Shown here piece after piece: positions 46,701 through 56,075 of a stretch of 64,000 bases of DNA. This DNA is from Candidatus Thorarchaeota archaeon (GTDB lineage Archaea; Asgardarchaeota; Thorarchaeia; Thorarchaeales; Thorarchaeaceae). The notes under the pieces are model-generated. The model saw only the letters and a list, made by a program, of their open reading frames with translations. It ran no database searches and had not been told where the DNA came from. The position numbers were made by a program, and so were the translations under genes. Where the stretch lies: contig JBHLRZ010000018.1 in NCBI GenBank assembly GCA_048882045.1, positions 1,886 through 65,885 of the forward strand, in the 5' to 3' direction. The first letter of the stretch is position 1; each line of letters begins with the position of its first letter.

Positions 46701-47432
46701 TTACAAAAGATGTGCAGTTCCACAGTGAGCACACACAACAGCATCATCAAACTCTCCCGGTAGCGGAAGAGGTGCACCGCAATTCTGACATTTGAGGTCT
46801 CGAATCTCTGATCGTTTCTCCTTTGGAATATTGAGTTTGAATACTCGGTCTGCTACATCTTGAATCGACTTACCAATCTTCTGTGCAGCTCTTGCTATCG
46901 AACTTCGTTCAGGATCAGTAAGAGAACCCAACCCAACAGCTTGGAAGAAACTGTCGATTACTTTACCAATCTTTCCAAAAATGGAGCCAGCTTTCCATGC
47001 CATGACATCAGATACGTGGAGTTCAAGAAGTTCTGAATCTGGATGACCAGGTATCTCGTATCCTCTCTTCCAGTCAACACGGCCCTCTCGTTTCGATGAA
47101 AGTGTATGACCACACTTAGGACAGAACATCTGCCATTCCTTGCCGAAGAATCCCTTCCGCTTCTTACGTTCTCCAACATTATACCAGCATCTCTTGTGAG
47201 CTATGCTCTCGCAGTTAGGGCATGAAAAGAGATGATATTGGTCCGGTTTAGCCTTCTCACCACGACCTGAGAATACCTTAAGATATGTCAAGTCATCATT
47301 TGTATAGTTGAGAAGATACCTGCCACAGATAAAGCATGTTCTACCATCAAGTTTGTTCAATTTCTCTGGAGTCAGTCGCAATCCTCTATACCTCATACTC
47401 ACAGTGAACATTAAGCAATAAGAATCTTGCAT
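46701..47432 (-). CDS. Multi-zinc-finger protein: N-terminal C4HC3 (PHD/RING-variant-like) spacing plus C-terminal CxxC…CxxC zinc ribbon
   Basis: CFIC…(34)…CPNC-x4-H-x2-C…(21)…CPKC, and at the C-terminus CQNCGAPL…CAHCGT. Confidence 0.55.
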   Translation of the reverse strand: MQDSYCLMFTVSMRYRGLRLTPEKLNKLDGRTCFICGRYLLNYTNDDLTYLKVFSGRGEKAKPDQYHLFSCPNCESIAHKRCWYNVGERKKRKGFFGKEWQMFCPKCGHTLSSKREGRVDWKRGYEIPGHPDSELLELHVSDVMAWKAGSIFGKIGKVIDSFFQAVGLGSLTDPERSSIARAAQKIGKSIQDVADRVFKLNIPKEKRSEIRDLKCQNCGAPLPLPGEFDDAVVCAHCGTAHLL

Positions 47433-47499
47433 CCTGTGAATCTAGAACAACACCTTTCGCAAAGATCAGATATTATGATACTGGGTTTAATTAGGTAGA

Positions 47500-48174
47500 A
47501 TGGAATGTAATCGATGGCGGTTGTACATCATGTTTGAGTACGTCCAAGAGCGGGAAGCAAGCACTAGACTCACACCTAGGACTATGGTTTATGTCGTAAT
47601 AACTGGAGAATCTGACAGCGAAGATTCAGAAGAGCTGTCAGAGAAGGGAAAGAACCAGGTTATGGAGATTGCTCTGTCTCGTGTTGTCGCTGGAGTGAGG
47701 AGAATCTACTCTTCAACATCCAAACTTGCTGCAGCCACGTCAAAGATATTAGCTGAGGAATTCAACGCAAAGGTCCAGAAGAAAGAATGCCTTGATGACG
47801 TAGTTCTTGGAAAGAAGGATAATGTTCAAGAGAACCTAACAAAGATGTGGAAAGACCTTGACTATGTACCCCCTGATGGAGAAGCATTCTCGTTTGCTCG
47901 TGACAGAATTGGTTATTGTCTTAATGAATTGGCAATTAAGCATCAGGATGATGTCTTCGCTGTAGTTACTCATCCTCTGATTGGATTCCTGTTTTATACA
48001 CTCGTGACCGCAGCACCTCTTGATGTCGATGCGTGGCTTGCCTCTGGACATGCATCATGTGCATCGTATGAGTATTCTCGGAAAGGGTGGATCGAAGTGA
48101 TGCCTCCTGATAATAGCTTCCTGAGTGATCCGACGACAGTTGCAGATTCATTTCCAGAAGGTTACTTCGATTGA
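47500..48174 (+). CDS. Histidine phosphatase (phosphoglycerate-mutase-like) superfamily homolog lacking the catalytic RHG motif
   Basis: Fold-level blocks: VVITGES (in place of RHGE), IYSSTSKLAAATSKIL, VVTHPLIGFLFY. Confidence 0.4.
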   Translation: MECNRWRLYIMFEYVQEREASTRLTPRTMVYVVITGESDSEDSEELSEKGKNQVMEIALSRVVAGVRRIYSSTSKLAAATSKILAEEFNAKVQKKECLDDVVLGKKDNVQENLTKMWKDLDYVPPDGEAFSFARDRIGYCLNELAIKHQDDVFAVVTHPLIGFLFYTLVTAAPLDVDAWLASGHASCASYEYSRKGWIEVMPPDNSFLSDPTTVADSFPEGYFD

Positions 48175-48242
48175 AGGAAAAATAAGAGCGGTGTAGGTCA
48201 GACCGAGGTCCGACCTTGTTCACCGCATTGTGTTAGGTATTT

Positions 48243-51200
48243 CTACCTTCTTCTATAGAGGACACAAACAATGACCACTAGAGCAACAACACCACCAACA
48301 ATCAAGTAGAGAGTCATTGGATTGCCATCACCAGAGTAGGGAGTAGTTGGTGTAGTTCCAGGAGGTCCTTGTGCACTTGTGTATGCTACAAAGATTGGGT
48401 CACAGATGATATCATGACCTCCCCAGTTTTTGTAACCAGCTGTCATGAATAGCATGGATGCTTCAACATTCCAATTGGTCACAGAACTTCCTGAAGCAGA
48501 TTCATACATCAGACTGAAGGCTCCTATCGGAGCTGTGGAAGATCCTGAAGTATGGGAACTGCCATCATAGCCCCAAATATATGGGAGTCCGCCCATTTCT
48601 ACACTTGCATAGGGATTGTTTTCAGCTCCGAACTCATAGTAGTCTGCATTTTGGCTTGCACCATTGTTATCAGTAACAGGTTGATCACCAGCAGTATATC
48701 GTGTGACCGTTCCTGTGGCAAGAACTCCAAAGAAGTTCACAGCCAGACTTCGTCCGTCTAACACAGAATTATCAAAGTCATAGAGAGTCCAGTCACCAAT
48801 TGTCTGGTCAATCTTGAACGACACAGCATGATTCCAAGTCAATGGATCCGCAGCATCATAGTTGACCATATCAACATTGAAGCTGATATCAAATGCCATC
48901 TCGTCGACTATAGCGCTTGTGACCCAGTAGTCGAAGTTGGTTGCATTTAGACCAACGGCGCCCTCATAGGACTGTCTGAAATCCCAAGCACCTCTCAATG
49001 CTGATGAGTGTTCTACTTTCAATGGATAAATGGTCACATTCACATCAGTGATGGTAACCCCAAAGGTAACCTCAGTATCAGGACTGACTTGCACGTTGCC
49101 CGAGTTATTTGTAGCGCCAAATGGTCTACGGAGCGAGACTGCTCCGACCTCATCAACCAAGACGAGGTGTGTGACTTCGTCAGTCACCACCTGCCCTCCT
49201 TCAATTGAGAAATCTGGAGCACTCTCGGACGGGCCGAGACCATCATTGAAGATGAGTAATCCAGCGTATTGCGATCTGAAGTGTGCCAGTGTTGCTTGAT
49301 CTTCAGCGATACCTACCCAGAAGTTCTGAGTAGTTCCCCAAGCAAACCATGTAGTAGTCCACTTACCTTGTTCTAGACCGGGAATAGCTGTTATATCAAG
49401 TGTCCAGTTCCTGGAAAGCCAAGAAACGTACTCATAACCCGGTGTTGGTAGATTGTTATCAAAGTCAGCCCACATCAGATTTTGAATGTCAGCCATCTCA
49501 CTTGCACTAATTGATGATCCATCAGAGGCGTGATACCAGTAGAAGGTTTCGTTGGCGTTAAACCAGATATTCTGTTCTACAACACCCATCCAGTTCTGAG
49601 ACCAGAATTCATCTCCAGGTGCACCAGGTGAAGGATCAAAGCCAACACCTACCAACATTCCTTCAACTGTCACATTGCCCCAGTCTTCCCAATAACCAGT
49701 CCTTTTGATATAGTATTGGTCATCTACTGTGAAGATATTTCCATCGAGGTCGATAGCACCGTTCTCCGTCACAATCCAAATAGGAGGTGTGTAGGAGGGC
49801 ACTTCACCAAGACGGAGGTGTCGTGGACTCCAGAGAATGTCATCTGAAACATCGATAACATTGTAGTAATCTGTCCAAGTGGCAATTAGAGCATTATACT
49901 GTTCAACTGTAAGTTCAGTACCATTCAGATGGTCTGGGAAGGCCCAATCTGTTCCATTCCACCATCGAACATTCTGAATCAGACCTACTTTAATTGAGGC
50001 TTTATCAATGACCATATCAGGTGCTTCAGCATCAAAGCTGAACTCGACAATGACAGTCGAAAGGTCATCACCAAGTTTGATTACGAAGCCAGATACTGTC
50101 AAATGATTTGCAGGAATTGAGATAGGTCCCCATAGTTTACCAAGTTCTCTTGAATACATTGTTATTTTGTACTGACTAGATGTTGAATGAGTGCCTAATT
50201 CATAATCGAGAATCGCCGTATGTGTGATATCAACTCTCCAATAATGAGTGGCATTACCATCCATTATTGAACCATGAACTTCGATGGTCACATCCTTTAG
50301 TTCTGAAGTGATGTTAAAGAAAGCGCTTGGCTCAGGTTCAATTACCAAAGAACCATCTATCAAATTGACATCTCTGTGAACCAATATTGTTAGATTCAAT
50401 GGATCGCCCTGTAGAGCATTATTAGCAATCTGACCTATATCATCGAAAACAAACGCTTCTATGAAAGTTGTACGAAATGAAAACTTCAATGTCTGACGGT
50501 CAGAGATCTCAGGTCGAGCAATAATGGGATTACCGCTGGTATCAAGAACAGTGACGAGATCCATTATGGGTTGCACAGTCCCACCATATTCCAATCCTGG
50601 ATCGAGATCCGTTTCATTTGTGAAATATCCAGCCCACTGAACTCTATGACCTGCATCAAAGACTCCTGTGAGAACAGGATCCTCAACATAGTATGTGCTT
50701 AGGTCAATTGTTGAGTTTTCGATAATTGAGAATACGGGGAACCACATCATGATTCCGCCACCAAGATCGATTGGGTCCCAAGTTAGGTTGAGGTATCCAG
50801 CTACTGGAAATGCACCAGTAGAATTTAGAATGAATACCATTGTTGGTAGTAGTTCGAAAGTCCTATTGGAGAACTTGAGATCTCTATCAAATAAAGCAGA
50901 AGGTCCCTCAGAATCCAATCTGTCGGGATAGGACCAAGTCACATTGATTTTGTATTGCGCATCAAAGGTAAGTTGTTCAACTAATGGAATTAGACAACTT
51001 CCAATCTCAGCTGACGACCGCATTCTAAGTATGAAGGTGTCATTGACATCTGCATAGTGCAGAATTCTTCCAGTTTCATCAACGATGTCTGCATAGTAGT
51101 AATCAGGTAGGGAAAAATCTAGTGGATTAACTGCCATTCCAAGTCCAATTGGAGGAGTTCCATATCTTCCAGCTACTGAAGCTGTCAACCATGAGGACGA

Positions 51201-51806
51201 AACGGGTCTTCCATTTGTATCAATCACCTGCATACCGGTTGTAAGTATCATTGGTGCAAGTGCAATCTCATATGTGATAGCAAAAACTACATTATAGAAA
51301 TCAGCTTCTTCTGTGAAATCGGAGTTCGATGAATCTAGAGACATGAACCTCGCCGGTTGTGGTTCTTCAGAGCCTGGTACATATCTGAAACCTAGACTGT
51401 TCCATTCATTTGAAGTGGCATTGTATTCCAATCCAAATACTGGAGCTCTTGGACCTGCTCTTGTACCCCAGAACTGAATTACATCTAGAATATTACCTTC
51501 ACCAAGGAATGACTTTGGAATGATCATATTTACGGTAAGGTCCATTCCAACTTCAATCCTATAGCTGTTTTCTGCAATATCTGTCCCATTGTCATATTCT
51601 ATCCAGATGTCTGGTTGTGGGCCAAATATCCAGTCGGAGTGTTGTTCAGAATGTTCGAATTGTCGTGTATCATTAGCAACCTCCCAAGCAACATGTAAAA
51701 CTGGATCACGTTGACTCTGAGCGATAGCAGGACTAATCGAGCCAACAACACTCACGAGCAGTATAACGATTAGTGTTATTGTGTAAACTTTCCTCATTTT
51801 ATCCAC
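48243..51806 (-). CDS. Large secreted surface protein (1187 aa) with C-terminal TM anchor (…LYLIVGGVVALVVIVCVLYRRR)
   Basis: Signal peptide MRKVYTITLIVILLVSVVGSISPAIA. Sequon-rich. Not a paralog of the 526/4029 pair. Confidence 0.75.
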   Translation of the reverse strand: MDKMRKVYTITLIVILLVSVVGSISPAIAQSQRDPVLHVAWEVANDTRQFEHSEQHSDWIFGPQPDIWIEYDNGTDIAENSYRIEVGMDLTVNMIIPKSFLGEGNILDVIQFWGTRAGPRAPVFGLEYNATSNEWNSLGFRYVPGSEEPQPARFMSLDSSNSDFTEEADFYNVVFAITYEIALAPMILTTGMQVIDTNGRPVSSSWLTASVAGRYGTPPIGLGMAVNPLDFSLPDYYYADIVDETGRILHYADVNDTFILRMRSSAEIGSCLIPLVEQLTFDAQYKINVTWSYPDRLDSEGPSALFDRDLKFSNRTFELLPTMVFILNSTGAFPVAGYLNLTWDPIDLGGGIMMWFPVFSIIENSTIDLSTYYVEDPVLTGVFDAGHRVQWAGYFTNETDLDPGLEYGGTVQPIMDLVTVLDTSGNPIIARPEISDRQTLKFSFRTTFIEAFVFDDIGQIANNALQGDPLNLTILVHRDVNLIDGSLVIEPEPSAFFNITSELKDVTIEVHGSIMDGNATHYWRVDITHTAILDYELGTHSTSSQYKITMYSRELGKLWGPISIPANHLTVSGFVIKLGDDLSTVIVEFSFDAEAPDMVIDKASIKVGLIQNVRWWNGTDWAFPDHLNGTELTVEQYNALIATWTDYYNVIDVSDDILWSPRHLRLGEVPSYTPPIWIVTENGAIDLDGNIFTVDDQYYIKRTGYWEDWGNVTVEGMLVGVGFDPSPGAPGDEFWSQNWMGVVEQNIWFNANETFYWYHASDGSSISASEMADIQNLMWADFDNNLPTPGYEYVSWLSRNWTLDITAIPGLEQGKWTTTWFAWGTTQNFWVGIAEDQATLAHFRSQYAGLLIFNDGLGPSESAPDFSIEGGQVVTDEVTHLVLVDEVGAVSLRRPFGATNNSGNVQVSPDTEVTFGVTITDVNVTIYPLKVEHSSALRGAWDFRQSYEGAVGLNATNFDYWVTSAIVDEMAFDISFNVDMVNYDAADPLTWNHAVSFKIDQTIGDWTLYDFDNSVLDGRSLAVNFFGVLATGTVTRYTAGDQPVTDNNGASQNADYYEFGAENNPYASVEMGGLPYIWGYDGSSHTSGSSTAPIGAFSLMYESASGSSVTNWNVEASMLFMTAGYKNWGGHDIICDPIFVAYTSAQGPPGTTPTTPYSGDGNPMTLYLIVGGVVALVVIVCVLYRRR

Positions 51807-51880
51807 CTCACCAAAAGCCCAGCGTGCCGCAACCTCTATGTGGTGGCAATGGGATGCTGGCTCTTGATTTCGTGTTCATC

Positions 51881-51897
51881 AAAGGTTCAAATCCTTT
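51881..51897 (+). other. tRNA T-arm-like hairpin (AAAGG-TTCAAAT-CCTTT) without a recognisable full cloverleaf
   Basis: GGTTCAAATCC matches the T-loop consensus. I could not find a 5' acceptor partner for the flanking TGATCTC. Confidence 0.2.
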
Positions 51898-52031
51898 TGA
51901 TCTCTGATGGAAAAAACCGAATAACTGCACATAATCATTTGAAAAATTGCATATAATGTATTATGGATGAATCATCTATAGCTCAATAATGAATGCTGTG
52001 TAATACATTATGTCCATGTAGTATGTAACTA

Positions 52032-52307
52032 ATGCATAAAGACTACAAACGAATTATCAATACTCGTTATCTCAATGCTAAGGAATCTACTCGTTTTGCA
52101 ATGTCTTCATTCATCAGTAGATTACCTGATAATCCAGAACCTGTTGACCCTCTCTATCCTGATGAAGAACAAAAGAGACTAAAACAGATAGGTGGTATTC
52201 TATTAGTATTGTTAGATCAATACTATGGTACTTGGAATCTTGGAGTGTTCCTAATCATAGTAGGTGTTATTGTATATCTGCTTGTAGAAAGAGAAATTAA
52301 AATATAA
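52032..52307 (+). CDS. Hypothetical small protein with C-terminal TM (91 aa)
   Basis: Isolated ORF in the 650-bp AT-rich intergenic region. C-terminal hydrophobic helix. Confidence 0.3.
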   Translation: MHKDYKRIINTRYLNAKESTRFAMSSFISRLPDNPEPVDPLYPDEEQKRLKQIGGILLVLLDQYYGTWNLGVFLIIVGVIVYLLVEREIKI

Positions 52308-52454
52308 AACTCCTATCTCCCTTTCTTGTCAATTATCAAGTATATCAGAACTGTGACCATTTTCATCTATAATTGATAGTTTCTAGCTGTCACCCTCATG
52401 CATCTTAGTACGGATATTTAGTGACTTCTATATTATCACTTACTATAGTCACAA

Positions 52455-53729
52455 TTGTACGATACCTATTACATCATAGTTCCTTATCTATTAGTTATTA
52501 CAAATATTCGGATGGTGGAAGTCTTAATGAAACGCGAAACGAAACTAGTCATACTAGGAATTTCATTTACTGCCATCATCTTCCTCGGTCTTCTGCCATT
52601 TCAAGCACTAGCAGTTACAAGGCCTCAAAATTGGCCTAGTTGGGATATTTGGAGGGATACCACTCCCGAAGCTCAGGGTTTGGATTCGAGCAAGATAGAG
52701 GAGATGTATGGTTTCATTGAAGCAAACGAAATCAATATTCAAAGTGTGTTGATTATTCGAAATGGATACATAGTGAATGAGGAATATCTCTACAACTCAA
52801 TAAGGCTGGAGGAAAAAAGTTACTACTGGCCCGAAGCCGATCCATATTGGGAGCTGAGAGACGGCAGACTACATCATGTTTGGAGTGTAACAAAATCTGT
52901 TGTATCTCTGCTAGTGGGAATAGCCATAGAAGAGGGATATTTCGATTTAGACACTAAGTTCTTCGATGTGTTCCCGGAGAAGTGGGATTCCTCGAAATAT
53001 GGTGATCCTGTGTATTTTGATGCCAAGAGAGACATAACCGTGGAGAACCTGCTTCTACAAAACGCTGGTATTCAATGGAATGAGTTCGATCCAACGACCA
53101 CTTACGAATGGACAGTCGATGGCTTTAGTCTCGATTACTATCTAACGAAACCAATGGATTATCTGCCAGGTACAGAAGATCCTCTTGCTTGGACATATTC
53201 AAGTGGTAATGTAGAAATGCTGTCTGTTATTCTCGCAAATAAGACCGGGATGACAATGGCTCAATTTGCTCGAGAGTACTTGTTCAGACCCCTTAAAATC
53301 CGAGATAACGAATGGGATTGGATGTACGGCCCTTCGGCATGGGGAACAGGAAATCTTGCGGTCAAGTATCACGGTGGATTCGGGCTTTTCATGACACATA
53401 GAGCGATGGCACGATTCGGATTAATGCTTTTGAATCAGGGAAAGTGGCATGGAAGGCAAGTTGTTTCAGAAGATTGGGCTGTAACATCAACGAGTGCTCT
53501 AATAGACAGATTGCTGTTTGGTGTATTTCCAATTCACTATGGATATCTTTGGTGGGTTACTCCTGGGAAATATTATCAAGCATTCGGGGCAAATACACAG
53601 CGGATAATTGTAATTCCGGATTATGACATTGTGGTGGTCTTCACTGCTAATGATCCAAATGATTTGATGTGGTCTGGTCCCGTCGATAGTATGCTCGTTG
53701 ATTCATTCATCATACCTGCAGTTCTCTAG
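52455..53729 (+). CDS. Beta-lactamase / PBP-related serine hydrolase with N-terminal membrane anchor
   Basis: S-x-x-K (VWSVTKSVV), Y-x-N (YSSGN), and HGG in place of KTG. Start probably at MKRETKL (~52527). Confidence 0.75.
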   Translation: MYDTYYIIVPYLLVITNIRMVEVLMKRETKLVILGISFTAIIFLGLLPFQALAVTRPQNWPSWDIWRDTTPEAQGLDSSKIEEMYGFIEANEINIQSVLIIRNGYIVNEEYLYNSIRLEEKSYYWPEADPYWELRDGRLHHVWSVTKSVVSLLVGIAIEEGYFDLDTKFFDVFPEKWDSSKYGDPVYFDAKRDITVENLLLQNAGIQWNEFDPTTTYEWTVDGFSLDYYLTKPMDYLPGTEDPLAWTYSSGNVEMLSVILANKTGMTMAQFAREYLFRPLKIRDNEWDWMYGPSAWGTGNLAVKYHGGFGLFMTHRAMARFGLMLLNQGKWHGRQVVSEDWAVTSTSALIDRLLFGVFPIHYGYLWWVTPGKYYQAFGANTQRIIVIPDYDIVVVFTANDPNDLMWSGPVDSMLVDSFIIPAVL

Positions 53730-53914
53730 TACAGCCACTGATGGGGATAAAGAATGTATTCGGGTAAAAAGCACTGGGAATCATACAGATGAATATCGTA
53801 TTGAAGCTCTCACTGACAAGACAAATGATATGGCGGTTGCTATCGCATAGATGACAGTGTCGATATGATCGCACGACTATTCTTCAGTTTCTTGTCAGTG
53901 GAGCACTTTTGTAA

Positions 53915-55945
53915 CTATAGCTCATCAAAATAGACTCTGAGGAGTTCAGCAACACTTCGTGCACTAGATGCAACGCCGCGGTCTCTGTGAGGCTTTGAGC
54001 CATCAAACATTCCAGAAACAGTCCCCAAACAGCCTCGCCGGACGGCGTTCAGGACAGGGCGGAAGATTCTCTCCTCAGCTTTCTTCTTGTTTTCATCTGT
54101 CCGACCATTCACATTGAGCCAAGCTGAGATATATGGTCCAATCAACCATGGATGGACAGTTCCTTGGTGTGTTGAGGCTGCCCTGCTCTTGGGACCACCA
54201 GTATAGGCTCGAGCATATCTTGGGTCAGAAGGTGCGAGTGTCCGCAAGCCAAACGGAGTTAGTAGTTCCTTTGTCACAACTTTAAGGACTGAGTTCGCCT
54301 TGATGTCATCCAGGAGAGGATATTGTAGACTAATGGCAAAAATCTGGTTTGGACGGATTGACTTGTCAGACTCTTCATCAGTAACAACATCGTAGAGGTA
54401 ACCAAGTTCATCATCCCAAAACGTCTGCTCAAATGCTTCTCTGATCCATTGTGCGACTGCTTGGAACTCGTAGGGGTCTCGGCCAACAAGTGTTGACATC
54501 TCACCCATAGCCATTAGGACGTTATACCAGAGAGCATTAACTTCAACACACTTACCGATTCTCGGTGTTGCCCTCCAATCTCCTAGCTGTTCATTCATCC
54601 ATGAAACTTCAACTCCCTCGATTCCAGAGATTATGAGCCCATCGTGATCTTCATGGATGTTATACTTTGTACCAATTCGATATGCCGCAACAATCGACTC
54701 CATTGTGTCCCATATGATTCCACGGAGAAACTCAACGTCACTTGTGCACTCGATGTATTTTCGAACAGCCATGATGAACCACAAAGATGCATCGACGGAA
54801 TCATACTCGGGCTGAATTCCTTTGTCAGGGAAGTCGTTGGGAACAAGCCCATAACGAGCATAACGAGCGTATGTAGTGAGTACTGCTCTTGCATCTTGAA
54901 ATCGTGCAATAGACATAGTTAGTCCTGGGAGGGAAATTAGGGCGTCGAGGCCAATATCCGCCAGTTCATGGTACCCAGCGATGATCGACCGCATCTTGGT
55001 CGAAGCGCGATCCACAATGAAAGTATCAGCATCAAGGATGAGCCACTCAATGTCCTCATCCCGCTCTCTAGAAGTCATTGCATAGGCCCTGTCGTTCAAA
55101 ATCTTTCTCCTTCGAAGCTCCTCAAACCTCAGTTTAGCGAAATCTTTCCGTTCTGCCTTAGTGAGATTTCCCAGACTCTTCATCAGCCCCTTTCTTGTTG
55201 ATGCAACAGCAAAGAGGAAGGAGAGGAAGTGAGATCCGGGTTCCAAAACAGTGTGAAAGACCCCGGGAATTATCATCTCTTCTTCATGAGGAAGACCCAT
55301 AGCCTTGTCTTTCCGATATATCTGTGGCTCGGTAGTTCTGATTTCACTAGGCATGAATTCTGCATCAGGAGTGTAAGCATACATCCAAGGCGTGTTAGGT
55401 CGATCATCAAATGAGTAGTATGAATGATCGTCGACGACTTCTATCTCAGGTGTGAAGTCAAGATGTGGTGGACGAGCATGAAGATCTCTACAAGTCTGAA
55501 ACGGTGTGACAGTCAGAACAGTTTCTTCAGTGTTAGATATCTCATAATTAATCACTGTCAAGTTTTTTCGATAAGCCATGAAGACCGTCTTCTCAAGCTC
55601 GACAGACCCCGTCTTGTATACCATCTGTGGAAGAGGATTAAGCTCGAAACGATTGAGATATCTATAACCTCGGTGGGTTACACCAGATGTCGTCTGTTCA
55701 GTGCTAAGGTTGCATTCACCTTCTCTGTTAATGAGCGCTTCATCAAGGCGTGAGAGTGTCAACCACCTATCAACCGGGGGGCTCAGTGAAGAAACTAGGA
55801 GGCCATGATATCCTCTAGTATTGAGACCAACAATTGAGGAAGATGTATAGCCACCTAGACCGTTTGCATACAGCCACTCGAAAGTGACTGCTCTATTCAG
55901 TCTAAGGTCAGCATCTTCCAGGGTAATCACTAGTTGGAGCTCCAT
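53915..55945 (-). CDS. Archaeal-type glycogen debranching enzyme (amylo-alpha-1,6-glucosidase, GDE_N+GDE_C)
   Basis: N-terminus FEWLYANGLGGYTSSSIVGLNTRGYHGLLVSS, typical of the GDE N-terminal domain. 676 aa. Confidence 0.8.
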   Translation of the reverse strand: MELQLVITLEDADLRLNRAVTFEWLYANGLGGYTSSSIVGLNTRGYHGLLVSSLSPPVDRWLTLSRLDEALINREGECNLSTEQTTSGVTHRGYRYLNRFELNPLPQMVYKTGSVELEKTVFMAYRKNLTVINYEISNTEETVLTVTPFQTCRDLHARPPHLDFTPEIEVVDDHSYYSFDDRPNTPWMYAYTPDAEFMPSEIRTTEPQIYRKDKAMGLPHEEEMIIPGVFHTVLEPGSHFLSFLFAVASTRKGLMKSLGNLTKAERKDFAKLRFEELRRRKILNDRAYAMTSRERDEDIEWLILDADTFIVDRASTKMRSIIAGYHELADIGLDALISLPGLTMSIARFQDARAVLTTYARYARYGLVPNDFPDKGIQPEYDSVDASLWFIMAVRKYIECTSDVEFLRGIIWDTMESIVAAYRIGTKYNIHEDHDGLIISGIEGVEVSWMNEQLGDWRATPRIGKCVEVNALWYNVLMAMGEMSTLVGRDPYEFQAVAQWIREAFEQTFWDDELGYLYDVVTDEESDKSIRPNQIFAISLQYPLLDDIKANSVLKVVTKELLTPFGLRTLAPSDPRYARAYTGGPKSRAASTHQGTVHPWLIGPYISAWLNVNGRTDENKKKAEERIFRPVLNAVRRGCLGTVSGMFDGSKPHRDRGVASSARSVAELLRVYFDEL

Positions 55946-56075
55946 CCAAATTTTCGTGTGTTTGTGCTATCGAAAATTGAACACTTTAAGGGTTGTGTCA
56001 CGTTGCCACATGCAGACAGTCATTGACTTAAGGGAGTCAGTGTTTGAAGTTCAAAGTCTGGAGCCTTGTTAAGAA

